Part shown: piece by piece, positions 8,821-19,402 of the stretch
Numbering within the stretch: position 1 is the first letter of the stretch
Layout: every line of letters begins with the position of its first letter
Assembly (NCBI GenBank): GCA_030059665.1
Contig: JANVYR010000001.1
Location: forward strand, 288,001 to 352,000
Source of the DNA: Candidatus Calditenuis fumarioli
GTDB taxonomy: Archaea; Thermoproteota; Nitrososphaeria_A; Caldarchaeales; Calditenuaceae
DNA: 64,000 nucleotides
Direction: 5' to 3'
Made by a program: the position numbers and the translations under genes
The notes under the pieces: model-generated
The model's input: only the letters and a program-made list of their open reading frames with translations
What the model was told of the DNA's origin: nothing
The model's database searches: none

Positions 8821-9834
8821 TCACCCGAGGAGCTTTATCTGCTCAGCACCGACGGCCTCGTAGGACCCGAGGACGATCTGAAGGACCTCGCCGCGTGGAC
8901 CCTTGACCTCCTCGAGCTTCGCCCTAACCCGGAGCCTGTCGCCCGGCTCGAAGAGGCCCGCGAGGACCATGTGGTAGGACATGATCCGCTCGATCCCGAA
9001 CGCCTTCTCCTCAACGAGGTAGATGGAGGGTGTGAAGAGCGATTCCGAGGAGTCGGTGATCTCCACCTCGACCTCCACTATCCCCTTGCCGACGTACTGG
9101 TAATCTCCGTATCCGTGCATAGGTTGATCCCTGACGCCGAAGACCGAGTAGGGCGTCGTGCCGAAGAGGCCCTTGTGGGCCACCCTCGCCGCCAGAATCC
9201 TCGCATCGGTCGCAGGCATCCTGTAGATCGACCTGAGCGTCTCGACCAGCCCCTGCCCGGCACCGGGTTTCACGGGCTCGACCGCTGTCCTGAGCGCCTC
9301 CATGGCCTTCATCAGGTTACGCCGTCCGTAAACGAGCAGGTCTATGTCCGAGCGATCGTGGTGGATCCCCAACAGCAGCGAACCGGTGATGCCGAAGTCG
9401 TTCCGCTTGAGGCCGGCGTGCTCCTCGAGCCAGCGAACGAGGCCGATGGCTTCAAGCTCCAGCCTCGAGGCACGTCCTTCCTCCACACGCTCTGCGATCC
9501 TCTTCAGCCCCTCCGAGGCGCTCCAGTACTCGACCACCGCCTCCAGCGGCGGAGCCATCACCTCGTTCCCCACGGTCGGATCGTAGTACAGGTATTCCGG
9601 CCTCTTCGCCCTGACCTCGTCCATTATCGCGAGCAGCTCCCTCACCGTGTAGGTGGTGAAGGCCCTGCTGTAGGTCCTTCCGTCGGCAGCCCTCCACGGC
9701 CCTGGCCCGGGCACGTACTTCAGGTAGCTCCAGATCCTCTTCGGCGGATGGACGTCTCCGAGTACCGAGAAGATCCAGCCCTCCTCCGTCGCGAACATGT
9801 CCCTGTCCCGCGGCGCTATTCTGTCGACCCTCAA
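8821..9834 (-). CDS. Predicted nucleotidyltransferase (COG1665-like)
   Basis: RDRDMFATEEGWIFSVLGDVHPP and GITGSLLLGIHHDRSDIDLLVYG. TTG start at 9834 follows GGAGG. Confidence 0.8.
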   Translation of the reverse strand: MRVDRIAPRDRDMFATEEGWIFSVLGDVHPPKRIWSYLKYVPGPGPWRAADGRTYSRAFTTYTVRELLAIMDEVRAKRPEYLYYDPTVGNEVMAPPLEAVVEYWSASEGLKRIAERVEEGRASRLELEAIGLVRWLEEHAGLKRNDFGITGSLLLGIHHDRSDIDLLVYGRRNLMKAMEALRTAVEPVKPGAGQGLVETLRSIYRMPATDARILAARVAHKGLFGTTPYSVFGVRDQPMHGYGDYQYVGKGIVEVEVEITDSSESLFTPSIYLVEEKAFGIERIMSYHMVLAGLFEPGDRLRVRAKLEEVKGPRGEVLQIVLGSYEAVGAEQIKLLG

Positions 9835-10021
9835 GGTCCGTCCTCCCCGCACAGCCCTGCTTGATAACGGATGGGTGGCACCCTCAGGCCCCCTTGCGGT
9901 GCGCCCTGGTCCTCCGGAATACGCCATAACTTCCCTCAATTTTTGACAATTTGCCGAAGAAATGCCGTATTTACCCGTTAAGTAGCCACCACGTGACCCG
10001 CTAACGCGTCAAAAGTGGCAG

Positions 10022-10029
10022 ATATAAAT
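10022..10029 (+). promoter_or_regulatory. TATA box of the asparagine synthetase gene
   Basis: ATATAAAT about 24 nt upstream of ATG 10053 in an AT-rich intergenic region. Confidence 0.55.
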
Positions 10030-10052
10030 AATGGTCTTGAAAGGGGCGTGGC

Positions 10053-11021
10053 ATGGTGCTCGAGGTGGGAAGGCGGGTCGACGACGCTTCGATAGCCGAG
10101 CTGACCAGGGCTGACTCGATCGAGAAGAGGAGGGCTCACTTCGCGGTGGGGACGGTGGTTTTGAAGACCATGGTCGAAGAGCTGATCGACATGGGATTCG
10201 AGTGGGTCCTCCCCGTGATGCTCTCCAGGACCACGGACCCTCTCTGGCCCGACCCAGGCGCGAGCATAGAGAAGAGGATAGAGTTGGAGATCTACGGCGA
10301 GCGCGTCAGGACCATGCAATCGATGATCGTCCACAAGAGAGTTCTGGTATCGCTTGGGCCAGAGAAGTTCTTCATTCTCTCACCCAACATAAGAATCGAG
10401 AAGAGGGAGAGGGCATACACCGGGTGGCACCTCTACGAGTTCACGCAGCTCGAGATCGAGATGGCCTATGCGAGGATGCAGGACGTCTTCAGGGTGTACG
10501 AGCGGATAATGAGCGCAGCTGTCAGGAGAGTCCGTGAGGAGATGCGGGACGTCCTACAGGCCCTGGGGAGGGAGCTTCCGGAGCTGAGGCCTCCTTTCAA
10601 GGTCGTCAGCAGGAGGGAGCTCGTCAAGAAGTACGGCGAGGATTGGGAGAGGAGGCTGCCCCACGAGATCAGGGAGCCGGTATGGGTCACCGACATACCC
10701 AGGGAGTTCTACGACTACGAGGACTTCGAGACCGGCGAGTGGAGGAACTACGACCTCTACCTACCCGAGGGTTACGGCGAGGTGATCTCCGGTGCGGAGC
10801 GCGAGTACGAGTACGAGAAGATGCTGACCAAGATCAAACGGGACGGTCTCAGGGCCGAGGACTTCGAGGTGCTTCTAAGGCTTGCGAGGGAAGGGAGGTT
10901 GAAGCCCTCTGCGGGTGCAGGGCTCGGCGTCGAGAGGTTCATCGCGTACGTCGTTGGGGCACGTCACGTTGCGGAGGTCCAGCCTTTCCCGAGGATACCG
11001 GGGTTCGTCGGGGAACTCTAG
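10053..11021 (+). CDS. asnA: Archaeal asparagine synthetase A (AspRS/AsnRS catalytic-domain homolog)
   Basis: Class II aaRS core without an anticodon domain: SPNIRIE, HLYEFTQLEIE, GEVISGAERE, AGAGLGVERF. Confidence 0.85.
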   Translation: MVLEVGRRVDDASIAELTRADSIEKRRAHFAVGTVVLKTMVEELIDMGFEWVLPVMLSRTTDPLWPDPGASIEKRIELEIYGERVRTMQSMIVHKRVLVSLGPEKFFILSPNIRIEKRERAYTGWHLYEFTQLEIEMAYARMQDVFRVYERIMSAAVRRVREEMRDVLQALGRELPELRPPFKVVSRRELVKKYGEDWERRLPHEIREPVWVTDIPREFYDYEDFETGEWRNYDLYLPEGYGEVISGAEREYEYEKMLTKIKRDGLRAEDFEVLLRLAREGRLKPSAGAGLGVERFIAYVVGARHVAEVQPFPRIPGFVGEL

Positions 11022-12019
11022 CGATCCCACCCCTGACCCTCAAGCCTCCTCTGGACGGTTTTCAGGACCTCGCCGGCAAGCCTCCGTCCCAGCTCCCTCG
11101 GGTCGGCGCCGGAGGCCAGCTCCCTCCTCGCCCGCTCGAGGTGTCCCTCCTCGATCAGAGCCGATTCGACGAGGGATTTGACCCGTTCCATCAGGACCTC
11201 CCTCATCTCCCACTCGTGGATCCTCGTCCTCCTGGCGTCGAGCTCGCCCGACTCTTTCATCGCCTCCAGCTCCGACCAGATCAGGTCTACCAGCTCCCGG
11301 ACGTTCTCGCCGGTCGCAGAGCTCACGGTCATCACCCTCACGCGCCTGTTCCTGCCGGAGAGAAGGGACTCCAGAACGGAGGCCATGAGCTTGGAGTTGG
11401 GGAGGTCGGACTTGCTCACGACGTAGACGTCGCCTATCTCGAGGAGGCCCGCCTTGATCGCCTGGATGCTGTCGCCGTAATCCGGAGGGACGACGATCAC
11501 CACGAGGTCCGCCACGCCCATGATCTCAACGTCGGACTGACCCGCGCCAACGGTCTCGACCATCACGGCATCGAACCCCGCAGCGTCCAGAACCCTGCAC
11601 ATGGCCCTGATGTTCCTGGCTATCGCGCCAGTCGCTCCCCTGCTGGCCAGGCTCCTGAAGTAGATCCCGGACTGGTTGACCTTCCCGACGAGCCTTACCC
11701 GGTCCCCGAGGACGGCACCGCCCGAGATGGGGCTGGTCGGATCCACCGCCAGCACCGCGACCGATTTTCCCCTCTCCCTCAGGACGCCGATCAGCGCCCC
11801 GATCAGCGTGCTCTTCCCCGCACCCGGCGGGCCCGCGAAGCCGATGACCGGAACCCCCCTCAGGTTTCCCCTGAGCCTGGAGAGCACCAAATCGCCAAGC
11901 GGGTCACCCGACTCTATCAGCGTGATGGCCTTCGCTATGTGGATCCTGTTGCCGGAGAGGACACCTGTGACGAGCTCGGTGAGCTGCTGCTCTGTCCCGT
12001 CTCGCTCAGGGGGCCCCAC
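11018..12019 (-). CDS. meaB: MeaB/ArgK family GTPase
   Basis: GPPGAGKSTL, AVDPTSPISGGAVLGDRVR, ETVGAGQSD, QAIKAGLLE. Confidence 0.9.
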   Translation of the reverse strand: MGPPERDGTEQQLTELVTGVLSGNRIHIAKAITLIESGDPLGDLVLSRLRGNLRGVPVIGFAGPPGAGKSTLIGALIGVLRERGKSVAVLAVDPTSPISGGAVLGDRVRLVGKVNQSGIYFRSLASRGATGAIARNIRAMCRVLDAAGFDAVMVETVGAGQSDVEIMGVADLVVIVVPPDYGDSIQAIKAGLLEIGDVYVVSKSDLPNSKLMASVLESLLSGRNRRVRVMTVSSATGENVRELVDLIWSELEAMKESGELDARRTRIHEWEMREVLMERVKSLVESALIEEGHLERARRELASGADPRELGRRLAGEVLKTVQRRLEGQGWDR

Positions 12020-13793
12020 CCTCCCCTTCCTCCACCGCGATCACCTTCAGCTGTGACCTATACATTTCCACTATCTCGTCGACCGTCGTGGCGTCCTCCG
12101 GCCTCTTGTCGGTCCTGTACCTCCCCGTGAACCTCGGGAACCTGACCGCCAGGCCCGAGTTCTTCTCGATCACGCCGTAGGCGCAGGTGTGGATGGGGCT
12201 CAGCGTGATCTCGTCGCCGACGATCTCCAGGACGATCTCGGGCTCAACCCAGACGTCCGGCTCCATCACGGAGTCCACCCTCGCGGGCTTCCTCGGAACA
12301 GCCCTCTCCTTGACCATCTCCGTCAGCCTCTGGAGGTCCTCCTCCTTGAACCCGGTGCCGACCTTGCAGACGCTCTTGAAGGTGTCAGTCGCCTTGTCGT
12401 ATGCGGCCATCAGGAAGGTCCCGAACCAGCCGCTCCTCTTCCCCTTCCCGTGGAAGGCACCTATGACCACGAGGTCGAGCGTGTCGACGAGCTTGGAGAC
12501 GTATGAGCGCTTGTATTTGATCCAGAGCCATCCTCTGGCACCGGCCCGGTAGACGGACTTCGGGGAGACGTCCTTGACGATGACCCCCTCGCAGCCGTCC
12601 TCGACGGCCTTCCTCATGAACAGGTCCAGGTCCTCCGGGTCCTCCACCATCTTTGCGACGGTCAGGCCGATGTTCTCGTCGGGAACGACGATCTGCTCCA
12701 GGACCTTCCTCCTCTCGAGGAGGGGCCTGCCGGTGAGGTCCTCGCCGTCGACGTAGATGGCGTCGAAGAAGAATAGACCGACCGGGTACATCTCGATCGC
12801 CTTCTCGATGTCGTACTTCCTCCTCCGGTGCATCAGTTCCTGGAAGGGGAGCATGCTCCCGGTGTCCGGGTCGACGGCCACCGCCTCGCACTCCACTATC
12901 GCCTCCTTCGCTTTGAGGTTCGTTTTGCATCGCTGGACCACGTCCGGGAACTGGTGGGTGATGTTCTCCTGCCTCCTGGAGAATATCACGATCTCGTCGT
13001 CGAGCTTGTGGATCTGCATCCTCTCGCCGTCGTACTTGTACTCCGCCAGCCCACGCCCTCCGAGCTTCTGGAGGATCTCGGCAGCGCTCGTCAGGCGCTC
13101 CGCCAGCATGGGCCTGACCGGGACCCCCACCTTGATCCTGACGGATCTGACGGCCTCGATCCCTCCCTCCTTGACAAGCCTCATCACCAGACCGATGTTC
13201 GAGGTGATGTTGTAGGCCCGCTCGATCTCCTCCTTGTAGAGATCCGGGTCGCCGAGGTAGGCGGCTGCGGCGTCTATGAAGGACATGTCGGCCACCCCGA
13301 GCCTCATCTTGCCGGTGATCAGCCGGACGATGTACTTCGCCTCCTTCGGCTCCGCCTTCCCAAGAAGGCCAGTCAGGAGCCTGACCTTGTCCTCCATCGC
13401 GCCCTCCCCCGTCTGGCGGGCTATCCTCTCAAGGGTCGCGTAGACCTGGTTGACCGTGAGGGGTTCCTGGAAGAGGAGCGTCTGGGACTTCTTCCGGGAG
13501 AGGAGCTGCTCCGCGACGAGCCCAAGGTCACCGAGCTTCGCCATGGCCTTCTCGATCTCCGACTCGCTCGCACCGGTCACCATCCTGATCGACCTCATGG
13601 CGAGCCGCTCGGCCATCCCAAGCTCTATCCCGACGTACGGAGGGTACAGCCTGCCGAGGGAGAGGAAGGTGATCTTCTCGGCCTCCTCGGGGCTCACCTC
13701 CCTCAGCAGCCTCACGAGGATCTCCCTCATCTCGAGCCTCTTCGTGGTCCCCTCGAGCATCTCATAGTACTCGCAGAGCCTCCGGAACTCCAT
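12006..13793 (-). CDS. lig: ATP-dependent DNA ligase
   Basis: EYKYDGERMQIHK, EGVIVK, WIKYKRSY, RFPRF. Likely start is ATG 13793. Confidence 0.95.
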   Translation of the reverse strand: MEFRRLCEYYEMLEGTTKRLEMREILVRLLREVSPEEAEKITFLSLGRLYPPYVGIELGMAERLAMRSIRMVTGASESEIEKAMAKLGDLGLVAEQLLSRKKSQTLLFQEPLTVNQVYATLERIARQTGEGAMEDKVRLLTGLLGKAEPKEAKYIVRLITGKMRLGVADMSFIDAAAAYLGDPDLYKEEIERAYNITSNIGLVMRLVKEGGIEAVRSVRIKVGVPVRPMLAERLTSAAEILQKLGGRGLAEYKYDGERMQIHKLDDEIVIFSRRQENITHQFPDVVQRCKTNLKAKEAIVECEAVAVDPDTGSMLPFQELMHRRRKYDIEKAIEMYPVGLFFFDAIYVDGEDLTGRPLLERRKVLEQIVVPDENIGLTVAKMVEDPEDLDLFMRKAVEDGCEGVIVKDVSPKSVYRAGARGWLWIKYKRSYVSKLVDTLDLVVIGAFHGKGKRSGWFGTFLMAAYDKATDTFKSVCKVGTGFKEEDLQRLTEMVKERAVPRKPARVDSVMEPDVWVEPEIVLEIVGDEITLSPIHTCAYGVIEKNSGLAVRFPRFTGRYRTDKRPEDATTVDEIVEMYRSQLKVIAVEEGEGGAP

Positions 13794-13882
13794 GCCCACC
13801 TTCCGACGCGAAATGGGGGTGCGGGCGTGATGAACCTTGCGCTGAGCTCGTGCGGGGATCTGGTTCCGTTCTGACCGAAGTA

Positions 13883-15445
13883 TCACCCAAGGGACCTCCT
13901 GAGCAGTGCGGCCTTGACCAGGTCTTCCCTCGGGTCGTCGTTGGAGAGGATCGAGAAGACCACGTTCTCGACGAAGTTGAGGTACCTCCGGTCCGAGAGG
14001 TTCCTTGGGCCGACCTTGATCCCAAGGACCTCCTCTGCCGCAGCTAGGTCCTCGAGGTATGCGGGTATGAAGCCGTGTACGAACTCACGACCGAGGGTTT
14101 TGACCGCCTCCTCGGAGTTGTCGAGCAGGACGTTGATCGCCTCGAGCGAGACCCTCCTCCCCGCTGATCCCAGGTCCTCGTCCAGATGGACGTAGGTCGA
14201 CCTCAGGAAGGAGTACTCCTCCTCCGTCAGCTCCCTGATCGCCCTCAGCCCGATGAACTCTGGCGGAGTTCCGAGCGAGTAGAGCGCCGCGGTGAAGGGG
14301 ATGGCCCTCGGGAGCCTCTTGCCGGCTACGCGCCTGCTGTACCCGAAGAGGCCCACGTGCTGCCTCCTGGTCCTCCTCGGTGGAACGAAGGCGGCGACGA
14401 AGTTGATGGCGTCTGCTGCCATCTCGACCATCGCCTGGTACTTCGGCACCAGCTTCGAGGCGATCCTGGTGAGCGTCTCCCTGTCGACGTGGACGGGCTC
14501 GCCACCCGGAAGCCTTGAGTTCAGCTCCTCGACTCCAGCCCTCGCCCTCTGGACGTCCCAGTCGTACCTGAAGGCGGACTGGACCGTGACGGTGTAGACC
14601 CCGCGGTACTCCTCAACGAAGCGCTCAACCCGCTCAGGCGTGTTGTGGCCCCTGAAGGGGAGGGAGCCGGTGCCGATGATGGGGTATATGGGGATGCCGG
14701 TCTCCTCCGAGACAGAACGGCAGACGTGGAGCCCCAGCTTGGCCATCAGAACCGACGTGATGAGGCCGTAGTTCATCGCCGGATCGGACCTCGCCAAGAA
14801 GACCCTCATGTAACGCGGTCCCGTCACCTCGATGTATTTGAGAAGGAGTTCCTCGAGCCCGAGGAAGGAATCGATGTCCTCGACCAGCGGTATCACCTCG
14901 ATCTCCTCCGGCTCCAGCTCGCCGATCCAGTCGATCAGACGCGTCCCCCGGTAATCGATCGGTGACCTGAGGGGTTCGACCACGCCCTTCCTGTAGCTCT
15001 CCCTCACCCGTACCAGCTCCAGGTGGCTCGTCGTGAAAGGCAGGATCACCTCGAAGACGGCAGGGCCTGCGGAGGGGCCGTAGAAGGCGCGGGCGACGTC
15101 GTTGTGTCTCGGTATCGACTGGAGGGTCTCGAGGAAGAGCTTCCGCTCGGGTTCGATGGATGGGTTCGGCAGCCTGAAGGTGAGGAAGACGTCCCTCCCC
15201 AGGACCTTTTCCCTGAAGAAATCTGGGTAGTTCGTCAGGAGCTTCCTGACCACGTAGGGGTCGATGTCCTTCCCCTCAGCGTCCCACATGATCTCCTCGG
15301 CGCCGTACTCCGCGTAGGCCCAGTAGACCTCCGTGACCTCGTCCTCGCCCGAGATCATCGGATCGTCAGTCCAGGGAGGAGCGGCTGCGTGGTCGGGGTG
15401 CTGGCTCGCCATCGTCCTCGGGATCCTCCTCTCTCCCTCGACCAA
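13883..15445 (-). CDS. ppcA: Archaeal phosphoenolpyruvate carboxylase
   Basis: IPRTMASQHPD, RVFLARSDPAMNYG, GTGSLPFRGH, PRAIPFTAALYSLGTPPE. Confidence 0.95.
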   Translation of the reverse strand: MVEGERRIPRTMASQHPDHAAAPPWTDDPMISGEDEVTEVYWAYAEYGAEEIMWDAEGKDIDPYVVRKLLTNYPDFFREKVLGRDVFLTFRLPNPSIEPERKLFLETLQSIPRHNDVARAFYGPSAGPAVFEVILPFTTSHLELVRVRESYRKGVVEPLRSPIDYRGTRLIDWIGELEPEEIEVIPLVEDIDSFLGLEELLLKYIEVTGPRYMRVFLARSDPAMNYGLITSVLMAKLGLHVCRSVSEETGIPIYPIIGTGSLPFRGHNTPERVERFVEEYRGVYTVTVQSAFRYDWDVQRARAGVEELNSRLPGGEPVHVDRETLTRIASKLVPKYQAMVEMAADAINFVAAFVPPRRTRRQHVGLFGYSRRVAGKRLPRAIPFTAALYSLGTPPEFIGLRAIRELTEEEYSFLRSTYVHLDEDLGSAGRRVSLEAINVLLDNSEEAVKTLGREFVHGFIPAYLEDLAAAEEVLGIKVGPRNLSDRRYLNFVENVVFSILSNDDPREDLVKAALLRRSLG

Positions 15446-15556
15446 GCCCCTAAGCCCCTTCGCTGGCAGCGGCTCCGTCCTTTAACCTAAACCGTCGACG
15501 CGGAGGAGCACGACGATGGGAACCACGCATTTTAACGGCCTACATCCAAGCAGTGT

Positions 15557-16096
15557 GTGCGCGTCAGGGTTCTGGAGTCGAGATCGATCTACAAGGGCAG
15601 GACCGTGGGCCTCAGGGTCGAGCGGATAGAGGTCGACGGGAGGGAGGTCGTGCGGGAGATCGTCGAGCACCGAGGTGCCGCCGTGGTGGTTCCGGTGCGT
15701 GATGACGGTAAGCTCGTCCTCGTGAGGCAGTACCGGAGGGCCGTCGACGAGGTGCTGCTGGAGTTCCCCGCTGGAACGCTCGAGCCAGGCGAGGACCCCG
15801 AGGGCTGCGCGAGAAGGGAGCTGATGGAGGAGACGGGCCACGAGGCCCTGGAGCTGGAGAGGCTCGGGACGATATACCCCGCACCGGGCTACACCTCGGA
15901 GGTCATCCACGTCTTTCTAGCCAGGGCCAGGCCTGTCGGACGGGGAACGCCGGAGGCGGACGAGCAGATCGAGGTGGTGCTGATGGGGTTCGACGAGCTG
16001 CTGGAGAAGGTGATCTCAGGAGAGGTGAAGGACGCGAAGACGATAGCAGGGGCCTTCCTCGCTCAGGTCAGACTGCGAGGTCGCGGAGGGGCGTAG
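15557..16096 (+). CDS. Nudix hydrolase (ADP-ribose pyrophosphatase-like)
   Basis: Nudix box PAGTLEPGEDPEGCARRELMEETG. Confidence 0.9.
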   Translation: MRVRVLESRSIYKGRTVGLRVERIEVDGREVVREIVEHRGAAVVVPVRDDGKLVLVRQYRRAVDEVLLEFPAGTLEPGEDPEGCARRELMEETGHEALELERLGTIYPAPGYTSEVIHVFLARARPVGRGTPEADEQIEVVLMGFDELLEKVISGEVKDAKTIAGAFLAQVRLRGRGGA

Positions 16097-16137
16097 ACGT
16101 CTCAGCTTTATCCTCTGGGTTTCCCGATTGAGAGAGG

Positions 16138-17199
16138 ATGCAGCCGAGCGAGAGGGACGTGCTCGAGGCGCTCAGGCGGGTGAGGGACCCGGAGCTAGGC
16201 ACCGACGTGGTCAGCATGGGGATGATCAAGGACCTCAGGGTGGAGGGCGGCAGGGTCTCCTTCACGCTGGAGCTCACAACGCCCGCGTGCCCCTTCAACG
16301 AGCAGCTGAAGGAGGAGGTGCTGAGGGCGGTTAGGTCCGTGAAGGGCGTGACGGACGTCTCGATGGAGGTGAGGTCGCGAGTCCCCTCGACGAGGCCCCA
16401 GCTCCCCAACCTCGCACCGGTTCCTGGCGTGAAGAACGTCGTGGCCGTCGCGAGCGGCAAGGGCGGCGTCGGGAAGTCCACAATTGCGGTCAACCTCGCG
16501 GCTGCGCTCTCGGTCATGGGCGCCAGGACGGGCCTTCTGGACGCGGACGTCTACGGTCCCACGGTTCCCCGCTTCATCAGGGACTACAGGGTTCCGGTGG
16601 TGAGGGGGAAGGACAGGAAGGTGGAGCCTGCGGTGGGGCCGAACGGGCTGAAGCTGATCTCCCTGGGCATGCTCGTGGAGGAGGAGACGCCGGTCATCTG
16701 GAGGGGGCCCCTGGTCGGGTCGGCGGTGAGGCAGCTGCTATTCGACGTCGACTGGGGCGAGCTGGACTACCTGATCGTCGACCTCCCTCCCGGGACCGGT
16801 GACGCCCCCCTCACCCTGGCGCAGAGCGTGCCGATCTCGGGCGTCGTGATCGTGACGACTCCTCAGCAGGCAGCAGTCGCGATAGCGATGAAGGCCCTGA
16901 GGATGTTCCAGAAGCTCGGCGTGCCGATCATCGGGATCGTCGAGAACATGTCGTATCTGAGGTGCGGACACTGCGGGAACGTCGTCAGGGTCTTCGGCGA
17001 CAGCTGGGCCAGGAGGGCGGCCCTTGAGGCGGGCGTCCCCTTCCTCGGGGAGATACCGATGGACCCGGAGATACTCGAGGGGAGCGAGTCGGGAACGCCT
17101 GTGGTCTTCTCGAACCCAGATTCGGAGGGCGCGAAAGCGCTGAGGGAGGTCGCACGGCGCGTCGCCGGGAGGGTGAGCGTGCTCGCGGTGGGGAGGTGA
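16138..17199 (+). CDS. Mrp/NBP35 (ApbC) Fe-S cluster carrier ATPase
   Basis: N-terminal DPEL...ELTTPACP domain; SGKGGVGKS, DLPPGTGD, IVENMSYLRCGHC. Confidence 0.92.
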   Translation: MQPSERDVLEALRRVRDPELGTDVVSMGMIKDLRVEGGRVSFTLELTTPACPFNEQLKEEVLRAVRSVKGVTDVSMEVRSRVPSTRPQLPNLAPVPGVKNVVAVASGKGGVGKSTIAVNLAAALSVMGARTGLLDADVYGPTVPRFIRDYRVPVVRGKDRKVEPAVGPNGLKLISLGMLVEEETPVIWRGPLVGSAVRQLLFDVDWGELDYLIVDLPPGTGDAPLTLAQSVPISGVVIVTTPQQAAVAIAMKALRMFQKLGVPIIGIVENMSYLRCGHCGNVVRVFGDSWARRAALEAGVPFLGEIPMDPEILEGSESGTPVVFSNPDSEGAKALREVARRVAGRVSVLAVGR

Positions 17200-17203
17200 C
17201 GTC

Positions 17204-17674
17204 ATGGAGAGGCTGAGGACGCTCCCTCCGACGGGCGTCTACAGGAAGGGAGAGCTCGACCTGCTCGAGGTGCTGAGGTCCCTCGAATCGGTGTACTCCG
17301 ACGGCTCGGTCGGCGCGATGGCCACGTTCCTCGGGGTCGCGCGGTCCACCAGCAGCGACGGGCGGGAGGTCGTCGAGGTCCACATGGAGGCCTACGCCGA
17401 GAACGCGGAACGCGAGCTCTCGAGGATCGTCTCCGAGTGCGTCAGCAAGTACTCGCTCCGGTTCGGCGGGATATGGCACCTTCTGGGGAGCTTCTCGCCG
17501 GGTGAGCCGATCGTCCTGGTGGTCTCTCTTGGCCCCAGGAGGAGGGAGGTATTCGCGGCGCTGCAGGAGATGGTCGAGCGGTACAAGCGCGAGCCGGCGC
17601 TGTTCAAGCGCGAGACCTTCCGGGACGGTTCGCACAGGTGGGTCGGAGAGGAGGAGATGTTCCGGGAGGGATGA
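17204..17674 (+). CDS. moaE: Molybdopterin synthase catalytic subunit
   Basis: GAMATFLGVAR; ERYKREPALFKRE...HRW. Confidence 0.85.
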   Translation: MERLRTLPPTGVYRKGELDLLEVLRSLESVYSDGSVGAMATFLGVARSTSSDGREVVEVHMEAYAENAERELSRIVSECVSKYSLRFGGIWHLLGSFSPGEPIVLVVSLGPRRREVFAALQEMVERYKREPALFKRETFRDGSHRWVGEEEMFREG

Positions 17675-17695
17675 GGCAGAGGTCCGGGCACGTCT

Positions 17696-19033
17696 TCAGC
17701 TCCTGGCCTCCTGGTCGCTGACCTTCAGCACCTCGTCGAGGACCTCGATCCCTCGATCGATCTCCCGCTCGGTTGCGATCAGCGGTGGCGCTATCACCAG
17801 GTTGTTCACGTAACCGAGGACGTACACTCCTCTCTTGAGCGCCTCGGCCGCGAGCCTCTCGGCCATCACCGGCCTCCCCTCGTACTTGTCCTGATAGGTG
17901 CTGAAGGGCTCCCTGGTCCTCCGGTCCCTGGTGAGGTCTATCGCCCAGAACATCCCAATCCCCCTCACCTCTCCCACCGACCTGTGCTTCTCCCCCAGCT
18001 CCCTCAGCCTTCGCTCGAGGTACCTGCCGACGCGCTCGACGTTCTCCCAGATCCTGAGGCGCCTGTACTCCTGGATCGCGGCCTTGGCCGCGGCCAGCGC
18101 GACCGGGTGGGCCTCGTAGGTGTGACCGTGGGCGAAGAAGTTCTCCTCGAAGTGCTCCGCGATCTCCTTGCTCACCGCGGTCAGCGCCAGAGGCACGTAT
18201 GAGGACGTGAGGCCCTTGGCGGTCACGAGGATGTCCGGCTTGACGCCCCAGTGCTCGACCGCGAACCATTTTCCTGTCCTGAACCAGCCGGTCATCACCT
18301 CGTCGTCGATGAGCAGGACGTCGTTCTCTCGGGCTATCTCCTGCAACCTCTCCATGTAACCCGGAGGTGGAACTATGACGCCGTTGGTCCCGACGACTGG
18401 TTCGAAGAGGATGCCAGCGACGCCGAACTCGTTCTTGACGATGTGGTCTATCACCTCGACGCACGCTATACCGCACTCCGGATACCTGAGCTTGAAGGGG
18501 CACCTGTAGCAGTAGGGCGGAGGTGCGAAGACCACGTCACCTGCCTTCCCGAAGTGCTCGACGAACCACCTCCTCACCTCACCGCTCGCGGCTATCGAGC
18601 CCATCGTGGAGCCGTGGTAGGAGAAGTACCTAGAGACGATCTTCGGCCTGCCGGTCTTGAGGCGTGCGATCTTCAGGGCGGCCTCTATCGCGTCGGTTCC
18701 TGATGTCGAGAAGAAGAACTTCTCCAGGTTATCCGGCAGGACCTCCTTCAGGAGCTTCGCGACCTCCGCCTTCACCTGGGTGGTCATTGACGGTATGATG
18801 TAGGGGAGCCTCTGGATCTGTTCCGTGACGGACTCGACTATGGCCCTGTTCGAGTAGCCCAGGTTGACGCAGACCAGCATCGAGGAGAGGTCGAGGATAT
18901 CTTTTCCGGAGGCGTCGTGGAGGTAGCAGCCCTCGCCGCCGACGACGTTGAGGGGGCTCCAGTCGCGCTGTTTCCTCCAGGTCCCGAAGAGGTGGCGCCT
19001 CGTTACGGAGGAGACGTCGTTGTCCGAGCTCAA
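17696..19033 (-). CDS. Class III PLP-dependent aminotransferase
   Basis: SYHGST, LLIDDEVMTGWFRTG, DILVTAKGLTS, HGHTYEAHP. Confidence 0.92.
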   Translation of the reverse strand: MSSDNDVSSVTRRHLFGTWRKQRDWSPLNVVGGEGCYLHDASGKDILDLSSMLVCVNLGYSNRAIVESVTEQIQRLPYIIPSMTTQVKAEVAKLLKEVLPDNLEKFFFSTSGTDAIEAALKIARLKTGRPKIVSRYFSYHGSTMGSIAASGEVRRWFVEHFGKAGDVVFAPPPYCYRCPFKLRYPECGIACVEVIDHIVKNEFGVAGILFEPVVGTNGVIVPPPGYMERLQEIARENDVLLIDDEVMTGWFRTGKWFAVEHWGVKPDILVTAKGLTSSYVPLALTAVSKEIAEHFEENFFAHGHTYEAHPVALAAAKAAIQEYRRLRIWENVERVGRYLERRLRELGEKHRSVGEVRGIGMFWAIDLTRDRRTREPFSTYQDKYEGRPVMAERLAAEALKRGVYVLGYVNNLVIAPPLIATEREIDRGIEVLDEVLKVSDQEARS

Positions 19034-19139
19034 CGGGTCCAGCTCGCGTGCGGCAGTTAGTAAATTTTGGTCGACGGCTTGACCAGGGAATGGGGCGTCG
19101 TTACTGGAACCGTGGATCTACGCTCATCACCTGCTCCTG

Positions 19140-19402
19140 CTTCCACGCATCGGTTAAAGCAAAGGAGTGATGTCAAAAGGCAACTGAGGTAATACCATTT
19201 TTCAGCAACTGATAAGTCCTTAGAATTGAGTTGATATTGAGATTCAATTTTTCGCGCATCGAGCAGCATATATAAATCACCTATATGAATTTTGCTGAAG
19301 AAGACCCCCATCATCTTAAAATAGAGGTCGAAAAATTCATCCGTGAGAAGGGGTGGCGCGCGGGAAGCCGCGCGGAGCCTGAAATTCCCGAAATCGGGAA
19401 CG
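19140..19402 (+). promoter_or_regulatory. AT-rich CRISPR leader and divergent aminotransferase promoter region
   Basis: Non-coding and AT-rich, with TATATAAA near 19270. A perfect inverted repeat TTCCCGA-AA-TCGGGAA (19385-19400) lies 2 nt before repeat 1. Confidence 0.6.
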
